In this document: piece after piece, positions 18,248 to 27,766 of the stretch
How the letters are laid out: every line of letters begins with the position of its first letter
Position numbering within the stretch: position 1 is the first letter of the stretch
Virus record (IMG/VR): IMGVR_UViG_3300048930_001424
Location: 1-64,000 of that record
Strand: one strand, 5' to 3'
From: a virus
Length of the DNA: 64,000 bases
The notes under the pieces: model-generated
What the model saw: only the letters and a program-made list of their open reading frames with translations
Databases searched by the model: none
What the model was told of the DNA's origin: nothing
Program-made: the position numbers and the translations under genes

Positions 18248-19704
18248 TGTTCGGATTGTTCCGATCCAAATCGACCGGCCCGAAGCCCTTGGCACCCGCC
18301 AAGGGTGGTGTCATTCATCGGCTGATCCGCGCGGGCTTTGACTCCGCCGTGACCAACGATGGCAACCGCAAGCACTGGGCAGGCGCTGACGGTCTCAGCG
18401 CCGACGCAGCAGCGTCGCCCGAGGTGCGGCGAACCCTCCGCAATCGCGCCCGATACGAGGCCGCGAATAACTCCTATGCCAAGGGCATCGTGCTCACGCT
18501 CGCCAACGACGTGATCGGCACCGGCCCGCGTTTGCAGTTGCTGTCGGACGACGATGGTGGCAACGAGCGGATCGAGCAGGCGTTCATGGCGTGGGCGAAG
18601 GCCATCGGGCTCCCCGAGAAGCTCCGCACCATGCGTGCGTCCCGCGCTACCGACGGCGAAGTGTTCGCGGTACTGGTGAACAACCCCCGCTTGCCGACGC
18701 CCGTCAAACTCGACATCCGCCTGGTCGAGGCCGATCAGGTGACCACGCCGGACCTTTCGTTCTTCGACGCCAACGCCGTGGACGGCATCGTGTTCGACGA
18801 CGTTGGCAACCCGTCGGAATATCACATTCTCAGGGGCCATCCGGGCGACACCCGCACTGGCTTCATGGGCCTCGAGTACGACCGCGTCCCCGCCGAAGCC
18901 GTCATCCACTACTTCCGTGCGGATCGGCCCGGCCAGAGCCGTGGCGTTCCGGACATCACCCCGGCGCTCCCGCTCTTCGCGCAGCTCCGCCGGTTCACGC
19001 TGGCCGTGCTCGGCGCGGCGGAAACCGCCGCGGACTTTGCGGGCATCCTCTATACCGACACCCCTGCGAGTGGCGAGGCCGAAAGCGTCGAGCCGATGGA
19101 CGCCATCGAACTCGAGGCCCGCTCGCTGCTCACCATGCCGGGCGGCTGGAAGATGGCGCAGGTCCAGGCCGAGCAGCCCGCGACCACCTACGCAGAGTTC
19201 AAGCGCGAACTCCTCAACGAGATCGCACGCTGCCTGAACATGCCGTTCAACGTCGCGGCGTGCAACTCGTCCGGGTACAACTACGCCAGCGGTCGCCTAG
19301 ACCACCAGACCTACTTCAAGAGCATCCGCGTCGATCAAGACCAGTTGGCGTGCGCCGTGCTGGACCGCCTTCTGCTGGCGTGGCTCCGCGAGGCGGTGCT
19401 GGTCTCCAACCTGCTTCCGCTCCGCGTTCGCACGCTCATCGCCAACGGCGAGGCCCTCCCCCACCAGTGGTTCTGGGATGGCAACGAGCATGTGGACCCC
19501 GCCAAGGAAGCGACCGCGCAGCAGACGCGGCTCGCATCGCACACGACGACGCTGGCCAGCGAGTACGCCAAGCAGGGCCGCGACTGGGAATCCGAACTTC
19601 GGCAGCGGGCCAAAGAGGTCGCGCTGATGAAGGAACTCGGGCTCCAGCCCGAGGAGGCCCAGCCGCTCCAGCCCGCGGGCAAGGAGGGCGGCAGTGGCGA
19701 CTAA
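18247..19704 (+). CDS. portal protein, lambda family
   Basis: LRNRARYEAANNSYAKG, RPGQSRGVP, YNYASGRLD, HVDPAKEA. Confidence 0.9.
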   Translation: MFGLFRSKSTGPKPLAPAKGGVIHRLIRAGFDSAVTNDGNRKHWAGADGLSADAAASPEVRRTLRNRARYEAANNSYAKGIVLTLANDVIGTGPRLQLLSDDDGGNERIEQAFMAWAKAIGLPEKLRTMRASRATDGEVFAVLVNNPRLPTPVKLDIRLVEADQVTTPDLSFFDANAVDGIVFDDVGNPSEYHILRGHPGDTRTGFMGLEYDRVPAEAVIHYFRADRPGQSRGVPDITPALPLFAQLRRFTLAVLGAAETAADFAGILYTDTPASGEAESVEPMDAIELEARSLLTMPGGWKMAQVQAEQPATTYAEFKRELLNEIARCLNMPFNVAACNSSGYNYASGRLDHQTYFKSIRVDQDQLACAVLDRLLLAWLREAVLVSNLLPLRVRTLIANGEALPHQWFWDGNEHVDPAKEATAQQTRLASHTTTLASEYAKQGRDWESELRQRAKEVALMKELGLQPEEAQPLQPAGKEGGSGD

Positions 19705-21796
19705 ACGCATTCTCAACCTGTGCGCTCCCGTTGATGGCTGGCTCGAAGCGTCGGCCGACGGTGCCGCGCCCGCGGATGGCAAGCCCGTGCTTCGCCGCTT
19801 CGCCATGACGGCGTACACCGGCGGCCCCATGACGCTGGCGGGTTGGTCGCATCCCGTGGTCGTGGACCTCGCGGGGCTTCAGGTCTCCGCGAAGAGCCGT
19901 CCCATCCTCAAGGACCACAACCGCTCGCTCATCGTCGGGCACACCGAATCGGTCAGCGTGCAGGGTTCGCGGCTGCTGGTGTCCGGGGTGATCTCCGGCG
20001 CTGGCCCCGTCGCCCGCGAGATCGTGGATAGCAGCCGGAACGGATTCCCGTGGCAGGCATCGCTCGGCGCGGTCGCCAATCCCGGCGCGATGGAGTTCGT
20101 GGCCAAGGGCCGCACGGCGGCAGCCAACGGGCAGCAGTTCGAGGGGCCGGTTCACATCGCTCGCCGCAGCGTGCTGGGCGAGGTGAGCTTTGTGGCGCTC
20201 GGAGCAGACGACAACACGACCGCGAACGTCGCGGCGGCAGCGATCAAGGAGGACGACATGACCTTCGACCAGTGGCTTGCGGCAAAGGGCTTCGATCCCG
20301 CTTCTCTCAACGACACCCAGAAAGCCAGCCTCCAGGCGATGTTCGATGCCGCGACGCAGGAGCCCAAGCCTGGCGCGGTGACCGCAACGGCGACTGATGT
20401 CGATCCCGGCTCCGGCGGTGACACCGATGTTGTCGCCCGCATCCGGGCCGAGACCGCCGCCGAGACCAAGCGGATCGGCGAGGTCCGACGGGTGTGCGCG
20501 GTGGGCGGCGGCAGGCACACCGACCTCGAAGCCAAGGCCATCGCCGAGGGCTGGGACGTGAACAAGACCGAACTGGAGGTGCTCCGTGCCGATCGTCCGG
20601 TCTACACCGGAGTCCGCCGTGACGCGGATGCCGCTCAGTCCGCTCGCGCGGTCGAGGCGGCGCTCTGTATCTCGGCGGGCCTCCCCGACACGCAGGTCAG
20701 CAGGTGGTATGACGAGCGCACCATGAACGCGGCGCTCGCCCGCGACCTGCGGGGTGCCGGTCTGCACACCCTCCTCTATGAAACCATCCGAGCCAGCGGG
20801 GAGTACATCCGCCCCGGCCGCGTGGACAACGACACCATCAAGGCAGCGTTCTCAGCCGACCGTCGCCTCATCCAGGCGTCGGGCAGCGGCGGGAGCAGTT
20901 TCAGCACGATCTCCCTTTCGGGCATCCTCTCCAACGTCGCCAACAAAACCATGCTCGCCGCGTACACCGCCGTCGAGAGCGTGGTCGCCATGTTCTGCGC
21001 CGAGACGGACGTGAACGACTTCAAGGAAGTGACCCGCTATCGGCTGACCGGCACGGGCATCTTTGAGAAGGTCGGTCCCGATGGCGAACTCAAGCACGCA
21101 GGACTGTCCGAGCAGGCGTACACGAACAAGGTCGAGACCTTCGGACGCATGATTGCCCTGACCCGGCAGATGATGATCAACGACGACCTGGGGGCCTTCC
21201 TCCAGATCCCTCGCATCATCGGCCGCATGTCCGCGCTCAAGCGCGAGGAAGCGGTGTTCGAGTTGCTTCTGTCGAACCCGGCCTCGTTCTTCAGCGTCGG
21301 CAACAAGAACTTCATCTCGGGCGCGGCCACCAACCTCAGCATCGACTCGCTCACGCAGGGCGAACAGTTGTTCCTCGACCAGACGGACACCGACGGCAAG
21401 CCCATCCTGCTCTCGCCCGCCGTGTTGCTGGTGCCGTCGGCCCTCAAGGTCACGGCCCAGGTGCTGATGACCGAGACGCGGATCAACGAGACCACGTCCA
21501 CGGACAAGGGCAAGCCCGCCACCAACCCGCACGCGGGCAAGTGGAAGCCCGTCGCCACGCCCTATCTCAACTCGCAGGGCTTCAGCGGTTCCAGCGCCAA
21601 AGCGTGGTATCTCTTCGCCAACCCGGCGGACGTGGCCGCGCTTGAGATCGCGTACCTGCGCGGCAAGCGCACCCCCACCATCGAAAGCGGGGACACAGAT
21701 TTCAACACGCTCGGCATGCAGTGGCGCGGCTACTTCGACTTCGGTGTGGCCATGCAGGACTCGCGCGCGGCGATCAAGAGCAAGGGTGAGGTCTGA
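19694..21796 (+). CDS. prohead protease / scaffold / major capsid fusion
   Basis: AYTGG...PILKDH...GFPWQASLG...EVSFVALGAD protease; C-terminal Mu gpT-like capsid (VNDFKEV, TFGRMIALTRQMMINDDLGAF). Confidence 0.85.
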   Translation: MATKRILNLCAPVDGWLEASADGAAPADGKPVLRRFAMTAYTGGPMTLAGWSHPVVVDLAGLQVSAKSRPILKDHNRSLIVGHTESVSVQGSRLLVSGVISGAGPVAREIVDSSRNGFPWQASLGAVANPGAMEFVAKGRTAAANGQQFEGPVHIARRSVLGEVSFVALGADDNTTANVAAAAIKEDDMTFDQWLAAKGFDPASLNDTQKASLQAMFDAATQEPKPGAVTATATDVDPGSGGDTDVVARIRAETAAETKRIGEVRRVCAVGGGRHTDLEAKAIAEGWDVNKTELEVLRADRPVYTGVRRDADAAQSARAVEAALCISAGLPDTQVSRWYDERTMNAALARDLRGAGLHTLLYETIRASGEYIRPGRVDNDTIKAAFSADRRLIQASGSGGSSFSTISLSGILSNVANKTMLAAYTAVESVVAMFCAETDVNDFKEVTRYRLTGTGIFEKVGPDGELKHAGLSEQAYTNKVETFGRMIALTRQMMINDDLGAFLQIPRIIGRMSALKREEAVFELLLSNPASFFSVGNKNFISGAATNLSIDSLTQGEQLFLDQTDTDGKPILLSPAVLLVPSALKVTAQVLMTETRINETTSTDKGKPATNPHAGKWKPVATPYLNSQGFSGSSAKAWYLFANPADVAALEIAYLRGKRTPTIESGDTDFNTLGMQWRGYFDFGVAMQDSRAAIKSKGEV

Positions 21797-21873
21797 GTGT
21801 GTCGGGTGATTCCCAAGCGGCAAGCGGCGTCGAAGAAGAGTCCGGGATCGACCCCGGCAACGGAGATTCAGAC

Positions 21874-22221
21874 ATGGCGGCATACACAGTCAAGTTCGTT
21901 CACGAGGGCGCGGCGATCGATTACACCCCGGGTGCGGACGCGACCGCGGGCACCGTGGTGGTCCAGGCCGACCTCGTGGGCATCACGCGCGTCGATCTGA
22001 AGGCGGGCCAACTGGGGTCCCTTGCCGTCACGGGCGTGTTCGACTTCCCGAAGGCGGGCGGCGTCGGGAGCGCGATCCCGGTGGGCACGTTGACCTACTG
22101 GGACGCGACCAACACCGTCGCCACGAAGAACGCTGCCGCGGGCGCAAACAAACTCATCGGCAAAGCGGTCAAGACCACGGTGGACGCGGACGCCATTGTC
22201 CGCGTGCGCCTCCAGCAGTAA
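21874..22221 (+). CDS. DUF2190 capsid cement/decoration protein
   Basis: IDYTP...LGSLAVTGVFDFPK...YWD...IGKAV...VRVRL. Confidence 0.8.
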   Translation: MAAYTVKFVHEGAAIDYTPGADATAGTVVVQADLVGITRVDLKAGQLGSLAVTGVFDFPKAGGVGSAIPVGTLTYWDATNTVATKNAAAGANKLIGKAVKTTVDADAIVRVRLQQ

Positions 22222-22232
22222 GGAGGCGGCGC

Positions 22233-22613
22233 GTGGCAGACCTGCTCGAACAAGGCGCGGCTTTTCTGGATGATCAGCGGCACCGGCACATGAGCCGGAC
22301 GGTGGTCTACCGGCGCGGTGTCGAGACGAAGGAGGTCTTGGCCACGATCGGGAAGACAGAGTTCGAGCAGGCCGACGATGCGGGCCTGATCCACCGCACG
22401 GAGTCGCGCGACTTCCTGATCCGGACTGCGGACCTCGACCTGGGCTCCGGTCCCATGCTCCCTCGGGCAGGCGATCAGATCCGCGAGGCCGTCGGCGTGA
22501 CGGTGCTCGTGTACGAGGTGAATGCACCGGGCGGCCAACCGCCGTTCAGGTACAGCGACCCGTACCGCAAGGCACTGCGGATTCACACCAAGCACATCGA
22601 CACGGAGTCATGA
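22233..22613 (+). CDS. head-tail joining protein
   Basis: Synteny after DUF2190; AAGGAGG RBS with GTG start. Confidence 0.6.
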   Translation: MADLLEQGAAFLDDQRHRHMSRTVVYRRGVETKEVLATIGKTEFEQADDAGLIHRTESRDFLIRTADLDLGSGPMLPRAGDQIREAVGVTVLVYEVNAPGGQPPFRYSDPYRKALRIHTKHIDTES

Positions 22614-22632
22614 ACATGGCTGGAGCCCACCC

Positions 22633-23055
22633 CTGAGCACGATCCTCGCCATCGCCGATGCCGTCGCCGCCCACGTCAACGCTGGCACCTTCAGCCAATC
22701 GGTGGCTGCGGTGCGGATGTTTCAACCTGCGTTCACGCTTGAGGACCTCAAGGAGCTCCGCGTGTCCGTGGTCCCCCGCACGACGGGAATCTCGACAGCG
22801 AGCCGGGACAGCAGCACGTTTGAGTGCGCGATCGACGTGGGCGTGCAGAAGAAGGTGGCGGATGAGTCGGAGATAGACGGCCTGCTTGACCTGGTCGAGG
22901 AACTCGCGGATCACATTCGGCTCACGCGCCTTCCCGGTATGCCGGACGCCGCATGGGTTGGAATCACCCACGATCCCGTGGTGTCCAGTGAGGCCCTTGA
23001 ACAACACCGTGCGTTCACGAGCGTTCTGAGTGTCACCTACCGAGTGCGGAGATAG
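22633..23055 (+). CDS. putative tail terminator/completion protein (probable CTG start)
   Basis: Coding-like from (L)STILAIADAV; GGAG lies 7 nt before the CTG at 22633. Confidence 0.55.
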   Translation: MSTILAIADAVAAHVNAGTFSQSVAAVRMFQPAFTLEDLKELRVSVVPRTTGISTASRDSSTFECAIDVGVQKKVADESEIDGLLDLVEELADHIRLTRLPGMPDAAWVGITHDPVVSSEALEQHRAFTSVLSVTYRVRR

Positions 23056-23058
23056 CCC

Positions 23059-23313
23059 ATGAGGAACCTCGTACTTCTCAAGGTGGAGTTGACGGACGAG
23101 TTCAAACCGCTCTCCGAGGACCGGCTCATCGCGACGTTTTCACTCGTGGCATCAGAGAAGAACACGGCCGACGCGATCTTGTCGGACGGCAAGGGAGCGG
23201 AGATCGATCTGCCCGCGGGAATGCAGTTTCGGTTCGAGCGCGTGGACCTGTCTGAACTGGTCGTCAAGAGCAAGGTCGGTGAGGTGGTTTTTGTGGTCGG
23301 GCATACGGCCTGA
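23059..23313 (+). CDS. hypothetical virion-module protein
   Basis: 84-aa ORF within the structural operon. Confidence 0.55.
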   Translation: MRNLVLLKVELTDEFKPLSEDRLIATFSLVASEKNTADAILSDGKGAEIDLPAGMQFRFERVDLSELVVKSKVGEVVFVVGHTA

Positions 23314-23337
23314 TCTGGCAGCTCAAGGAGTACGGCG

Positions 23338-23766
23338 ATGGCAATCAAACTCGGCATGGAAGCCAAGCTGCTCTACAAGGTTGGCGGCCAAGGCGGCGGC
23401 GGGGCGTGGACCGCGCTGGGCAACACGCGCGATGTGACGCTCAACCTCGAGGCGGGCGAGGCGGACGTGACGACCCGCGCCAATGCGGGATGGCGAGCCA
23501 CCGTCGCCACGCTCAAGGAAGCCAGCGTCGAGTTCGAAATGGTGTGGGACACGGCCGATGCGGGCTTCACCGCGATCAAGAACGCCTTCTTCGGTAACGA
23601 CCCCATCGGCTTCCAGATCCTCGACGAAACCGCCGGGCAGGGCCTTCAGGCGGACTTCTCTATTACCAACTTCTCTCGGAACGAGGCGCTGGAGGAGGCC
23701 ATCACGGTCTCCGTCACGGCGAAGGTCACCTACTCGATCACAGCACCATCGTGGATCGGCGGCTAA
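23338..23766 (+). CDS. major tail tube protein
   Basis: DVTLNLEAGEADVTTR...GWRAT...FSITNFSRNEALEEAITVSVT; AAGGAG RBS. Confidence 0.75.
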   Translation: MAIKLGMEAKLLYKVGGQGGGGAWTALGNTRDVTLNLEAGEADVTTRANAGWRATVATLKEASVEFEMVWDTADAGFTAIKNAFFGNDPIGFQILDETAGQGLQADFSITNFSRNEALEEAITVSVTAKVTYSITAPSWIGG

Positions 23767-23778
23767 GCGGAGGCACGC

Positions 23779-24264
23779 ATGCGGTCATTCAAAGACAACG
23801 CGGGCAGGCAGTGGTCGGTCGAGATCAACGTGGCCGCGCTCAAGCGCGTCCGCGGGCTCACCGGCACGGACCTGATGCAGGTCATCGAGGGGACGCTGAT
23901 CGAGAAGTTGATCCGCGACCCCGTCCTGTTGTGCGACGTGGTCTACGCCCTCTGCAAGCCCGAGGCTGACACACGCAGTGTCTCCGACGAGGACTTCGGC
24001 AAGGCGATGGCGGGTGACGCCATCGAAACCGCGACGACGGCGGTGCTGGAGGAACTCGTGGGTTTCTGCCCGAGCCCGAGGGACCGGGCCAACCTCGGGC
24101 GGGTGCTGCAGGCCACGACAAAGGTGATGGAACGGGCGCGGGATCTGGTGGAGAAGAAGCTGGACAGCGGGGAACTGGATCGGCTCGCGGATCAGTTGCT
24201 GGAGACTGCTGGCGCCTCATCTATCAGTGCGCCGGAGCCCTCGGCATCGACCCGGGACCCCTGA
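23779..24264 (+). CDS. tail assembly chaperone (gpG-like)
   Basis: Position between tail tube and tape measure genes. Confidence 0.65.
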   Translation: MRSFKDNAGRQWSVEINVAALKRVRGLTGTDLMQVIEGTLIEKLIRDPVLLCDVVYALCKPEADTRSVSDEDFGKAMAGDAIETATTAVLEELVGFCPSPRDRANLGRVLQATTKVMERARDLVEKKLDSGELDRLADQLLETAGASSISAPEPSASTRDP

Positions 24265-24278
24265 CGCTCCGCGAGCTG

Positions 24279-24503
24279 GTGGCCATGCTCGACGGCAGGC
24301 AGCGCCACGACTGGTCGATCGCGGCCACGGTCATGTCCGTGCTGGCCAACATCCACCGTGATCCGAAGCGGTCCCGGCAGATGAAGCCCAGCGACTTCGA
24401 TCCCTTCGCCAAGCAATCCCGACCCGTCAAGGTTGACGTTTCGGTCCTCAAAGACGTGTTCATCGATCGGCGAGTGCCGCCGGTCGTGAAGGAAGCCCAG
24501 TGA
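24279..24503 (+). CDS. tail assembly chaperone gpT-like segment (-1 frame; probably extends upstream)
   Basis: The -1 frame is open upstream (WRLIYQCAGALGIDPGPLTLREL), overlapping the 3' end of gpG. Confidence 0.55.
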   Translation: MAMLDGRQRHDWSIAATVMSVLANIHRDPKRSRQMKPSDFDPFAKQSRPVKVDVSVLKDVFIDRRVPPVVKEAQ

Positions 24504-24943
24504 TGATCACCATGCGGATCAAGGACATGTTCTTCGACCGTGCCACGGTGGTTCGCGCCGTTGATGGGGCCAAGCGCAAGGTGCTCAGCAAGGCCGGCGC
24601 GTTTATCCGCACCGCCGCGCGGACGAGCATCCGCAAGCGCAAGGCGTCCGCTCCAGCGGGCATGCCCCCGCACTCGCACGAGGGGAGTCTGCGGAGGTTG
24701 ATCCTCTTCGGGTATGACCGTGCCGCCGACTCTGTGGTCGTCGGCCCCGTCGGGTTCAAGAAGAGCGTCGCCCCCAACGTGCTTGAGTACGGCGGCGAAA
24801 CCGTCGTGCTCTCGCGGCGCGGCGGACGGCTGACATCGCGGAAGGTCAAGGTCGCCCCCCGGCCCTACATGGCCCCAGCGCTGGAGAAGGAACGGCCAAA
24901 GTTGCCGTTGTTGTGGCGGAACTCGATCAGGAAGGGTGCTTGA
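24500..24943 (+). CDS. HK97 gp10-like tail-component protein
   Basis: Basic protein with SAPAGMPP...GSLRR...LEYGG...PRPYMAPALE. Confidence 0.65.
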   Translation: MMITMRIKDMFFDRATVVRAVDGAKRKVLSKAGAFIRTAARTSIRKRKASAPAGMPPHSHEGSLRRLILFGYDRAADSVVVGPVGFKKSVAPNVLEYGGETVVLSRRGGRLTSRKVKVAPRPYMAPALEKERPKLPLLWRNSIRKGA

Positions 24944-24955
24944 TAGGAGACGTTC

Positions 24956-26941
24956 TTGGCGGACACGAAGGGCATCAGGGCTGGACGAGCGTTCGTCGAA
25001 CTCGGAGTGAGCGACAAGCTCAGCGCCGGGCTTCGCCGCGCACAGAAGCAGCTCGAAGCCTTCGGCGCTGGGCTGCGATCGGTTGGCATCCGCATGGCGG
25101 GGATCGGGGCGGCGGCGGTAACTTCCCTGTTCGGGGCGGCGCGGATGTTCGCCACGGTCGGTGACGACCTCGAGGAGATGAGCCAGCGCACCGGCGTGAG
25201 CGTGGAGGCCCTCTCCGAACTGGGCTTTGCGGCCGACATTGCGGGCAGCGACCTGGAGACGCTGGAAACCGGCATCAAGCACATGCAGCGCGCCATCGTC
25301 GAGGCTGCTGGCGGGTCCGAGTCCGCACAGCAGGCGCTGGCGAAGCTCGGCCTCTCCGCAGCGGACCTGACGGGCCTGTCCCCGGACGAGCAGTTCAAGC
25401 GGATGGCCGACGGAATCGCAAGGATCGAGGACCCGGCGTTGCGGGTCGCGGTGGCGATGCAGATCTTCGGGCGCTCGGGCACGAAGCTGATCCCGCTCCT
25501 CGCGGAAGGGTCGTCAGGAATCGAGGCGCTCCAGGAGCAGGCGCGGCGGCTCGGCCTCACGATCAGCGCCGAAACCGCCCATGATGCCGCAGAACTCAAC
25601 GATGCTCTCGACAGCCTCTGGCGTGTGGTCAGGCAGGGCGTGTTCACCATCGGCTCGGCCCTCGCGCCCACGCTTAAGGAACTCGTCGAGCGGATCACCC
25701 GCATCATCGTCACCGCCACGGATTGGATCAAACGCAACCGCGAGGTCGTGGTGTGGGCGTTGAAGGTGGCGGCGGCCGTCGCGGCCACGGGCATCGCGAT
25801 GATCGTGCTCGGCGTCGCCGTCTCCGGCATCGGTGCGGCGCTTGGCCTATTGGCCGGAGTCATCTCCGGCGTCGGCACGGTCTTCGGCATCATCGGCGCT
25901 GCGATCGGCGCGCTGCTCTCCCCCATCGGCCTGGTAGTTGCCGCCGTGGTCGGCCTGGGCGGGGCGCTACTGATCAGCAGTGGCGCGGGCGGCGAGGCGC
26001 TGTCGTGGCTCATGGCCCAGTTCACCCGCCTGCGGGATTGGGTGGGCAAGGTCGTGGGCGGCATCTCCGATGCCCTTGCCGCCGGAGACATCGCCCTCGC
26101 GGCACAGGTGCTCTGGCTCAGCCTCAAGGTCATCTGGCAACAGGGTGTTGCGGCTCTCAACAAGGCGTGGCTCGGGGCCAAGGAGTTCTTCGTATCGACC
26201 GCGTACTCCATGTGGTACGGCGCGCTTGCGGCGGCAGAGATCGTCTTTCACGCCCTCGAAGTCTCGTGGATCGAGACGACATCGTTCCTCAGCAAGACCT
26301 GGACTCGGTTCACCAGCGGCTTCCAGAAAGTCTGGGAGTCGGCCTCATCATGGGTCGCCAAGCGCATGCTGGAGATTCAGGGGGCGTTCGACTCAGGGCT
26401 CGATGTGGAGGCCGCCAAGCGGGCGGTGGACCAGCAGCTCGAAGCGCGGTTCGCGGAGATCGATCAGGGGTCGCAGCGCGACCTCGCCGAGCGAGAGAGC
26501 CGCCGCGTCAGCGAACGCGATCAGGCGGCCGCGATTCACGAAGCGACGCTCGCGGAGATCGGCCAGAGCTTTGAGGACGCACAGGCTGCGCTCAAGGCCA
26601 ACACCGAGGCGGGCATCGCGGAGTCCCAGGCCGCGCTCGATGAGGCCAAGCAACGGTTGGAACAGGCGCTCGCCGAAGCCCGCGCCAAGCGTGAGGCGGC
26701 GGAAGCGGCGGGTGGACCTTCGCGGCTGCCCGGCGACCTGCTTCACGACCAGATTGAGGGGCTAGGCGATTTGATCGCCAAGGGGATCAGTGTGCGCGGC
26801 ACGTTCAACGCTCTTGCCACTCAGGGGCTGGAGTCCGACGGCGGCGCGGCAGAGCGCACAGCCCGCGCCACCGAACAGACCGCCAAGCACACCAAGCGCC
26901 TTGTAGACGCCGCTCAGAGCGGCGGGCTGACGTTCGCCTAA
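24956..26941 (+). CDS. tail tape measure protein
   Basis: IRAGRAFVEL, MSQRTGVSVEALSEL, AMQIFGRSG; Ala/Gly-rich helical repeats and Trp-periodic region. Confidence 0.85.
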   Translation: MADTKGIRAGRAFVELGVSDKLSAGLRRAQKQLEAFGAGLRSVGIRMAGIGAAAVTSLFGAARMFATVGDDLEEMSQRTGVSVEALSELGFAADIAGSDLETLETGIKHMQRAIVEAAGGSESAQQALAKLGLSAADLTGLSPDEQFKRMADGIARIEDPALRVAVAMQIFGRSGTKLIPLLAEGSSGIEALQEQARRLGLTISAETAHDAAELNDALDSLWRVVRQGVFTIGSALAPTLKELVERITRIIVTATDWIKRNREVVVWALKVAAAVAATGIAMIVLGVAVSGIGAALGLLAGVISGVGTVFGIIGAAIGALLSPIGLVVAAVVGLGGALLISSGAGGEALSWLMAQFTRLRDWVGKVVGGISDALAAGDIALAAQVLWLSLKVIWQQGVAALNKAWLGAKEFFVSTAYSMWYGALAAAEIVFHALEVSWIETTSFLSKTWTRFTSGFQKVWESASSWVAKRMLEIQGAFDSGLDVEAAKRAVDQQLEARFAEIDQGSQRDLAERESRRVSERDQAAAIHEATLAEIGQSFEDAQAALKANTEAGIAESQAALDEAKQRLEQALAEARAKREAAEAAGGPSRLPGDLLHDQIEGLGDLIAKGISVRGTFNALATQGLESDGGAAERTARATEQTAKHTKRLVDAAQSGGLTFA

Positions 26942-26953
26942 GGAGACACGTTC

Positions 26954-27763
26954 GTGCCGATCACGGTGACGGAGAAGTTCGAGAGCCGCAAGTCCACCAA
27001 GGGCGACAACCCTTCGGCGGAGTTGGTCTACACCGTGCGCGGCACCAACGACGACCTCGCCGCGCGTGCCCAGGCAGAGACGACCAGCCCTGCGACCTAC
27101 GACAACCTGCCGCGACAGTCGGTCTCAGTCGAGCCCGTGGGCGATGAGTTGTGGGAGGCGATTGTCCGCTATGCGAAGAACCAGGCCGGGTCGCTGCCAG
27201 AACCTGGGGAGAGCATCTTCTCTTTCGATACCGGCGGCGGCACTCAGCACATCACCCAGAGCAAGGACACCGTCTCGACGCATGCGGCATCGGGCGCGAC
27301 GGCTCCCGACTTCGAGGGAGCGATCGGCGTCACTGCCGACGGGGTCGAGGGCGTGGACATCACCGTCCCCGTCTACCAGTTCTCCGAGACGCATTACTTC
27401 ACCAACGACCAGGTGACGCCCTCGTACAAGGGCACGCTGTTCTCGCTCACCGGCAAGGTCAACTCGGGCGCGTTCAAAGGATTTCAACCCGGCGAGGTGC
27501 TTTTCCTCGGCGCATCCGGCTCGAAGCGTGGCACGGACCCCGACGACGACTGGGAAATCACCTTCCGGTTCGCGGCCAGCCCCAATGCCACTGGCATCAC
27601 GGTCGGCTCGATCAACGGGATCAGCAAGAAGGGGTGGGAATACCTCTGGGTGCGGTACGCCGACCAAGAGGACACCGGGTCGCACGCGATCGTGAAGCGC
27701 CCCGTCGCGGCGTATGTCGAACGCGTGTACGACGAGGGCAGCTTCGCCGGATTGGGAATCTGA
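26954..27763 (+). CDS. distal tail/baseplate-region protein
   Basis: Follows the tape measure gene; GKVNSGAFKGFQPGEVLFLGASG...KKGWEYLW. Confidence 0.6.
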   Translation: MPITVTEKFESRKSTKGDNPSAELVYTVRGTNDDLAARAQAETTSPATYDNLPRQSVSVEPVGDELWEAIVRYAKNQAGSLPEPGESIFSFDTGGGTQHITQSKDTVSTHAASGATAPDFEGAIGVTADGVEGVDITVPVYQFSETHYFTNDQVTPSYKGTLFSLTGKVNSGAFKGFQPGEVLFLGASGSKRGTDPDDDWEITFRFAASPNATGITVGSINGISKKGWEYLWVRYADQEDTGSHAIVKRPVAAYVERVYDEGSFAGLGI

Positions 27764-27766
27764 ACG

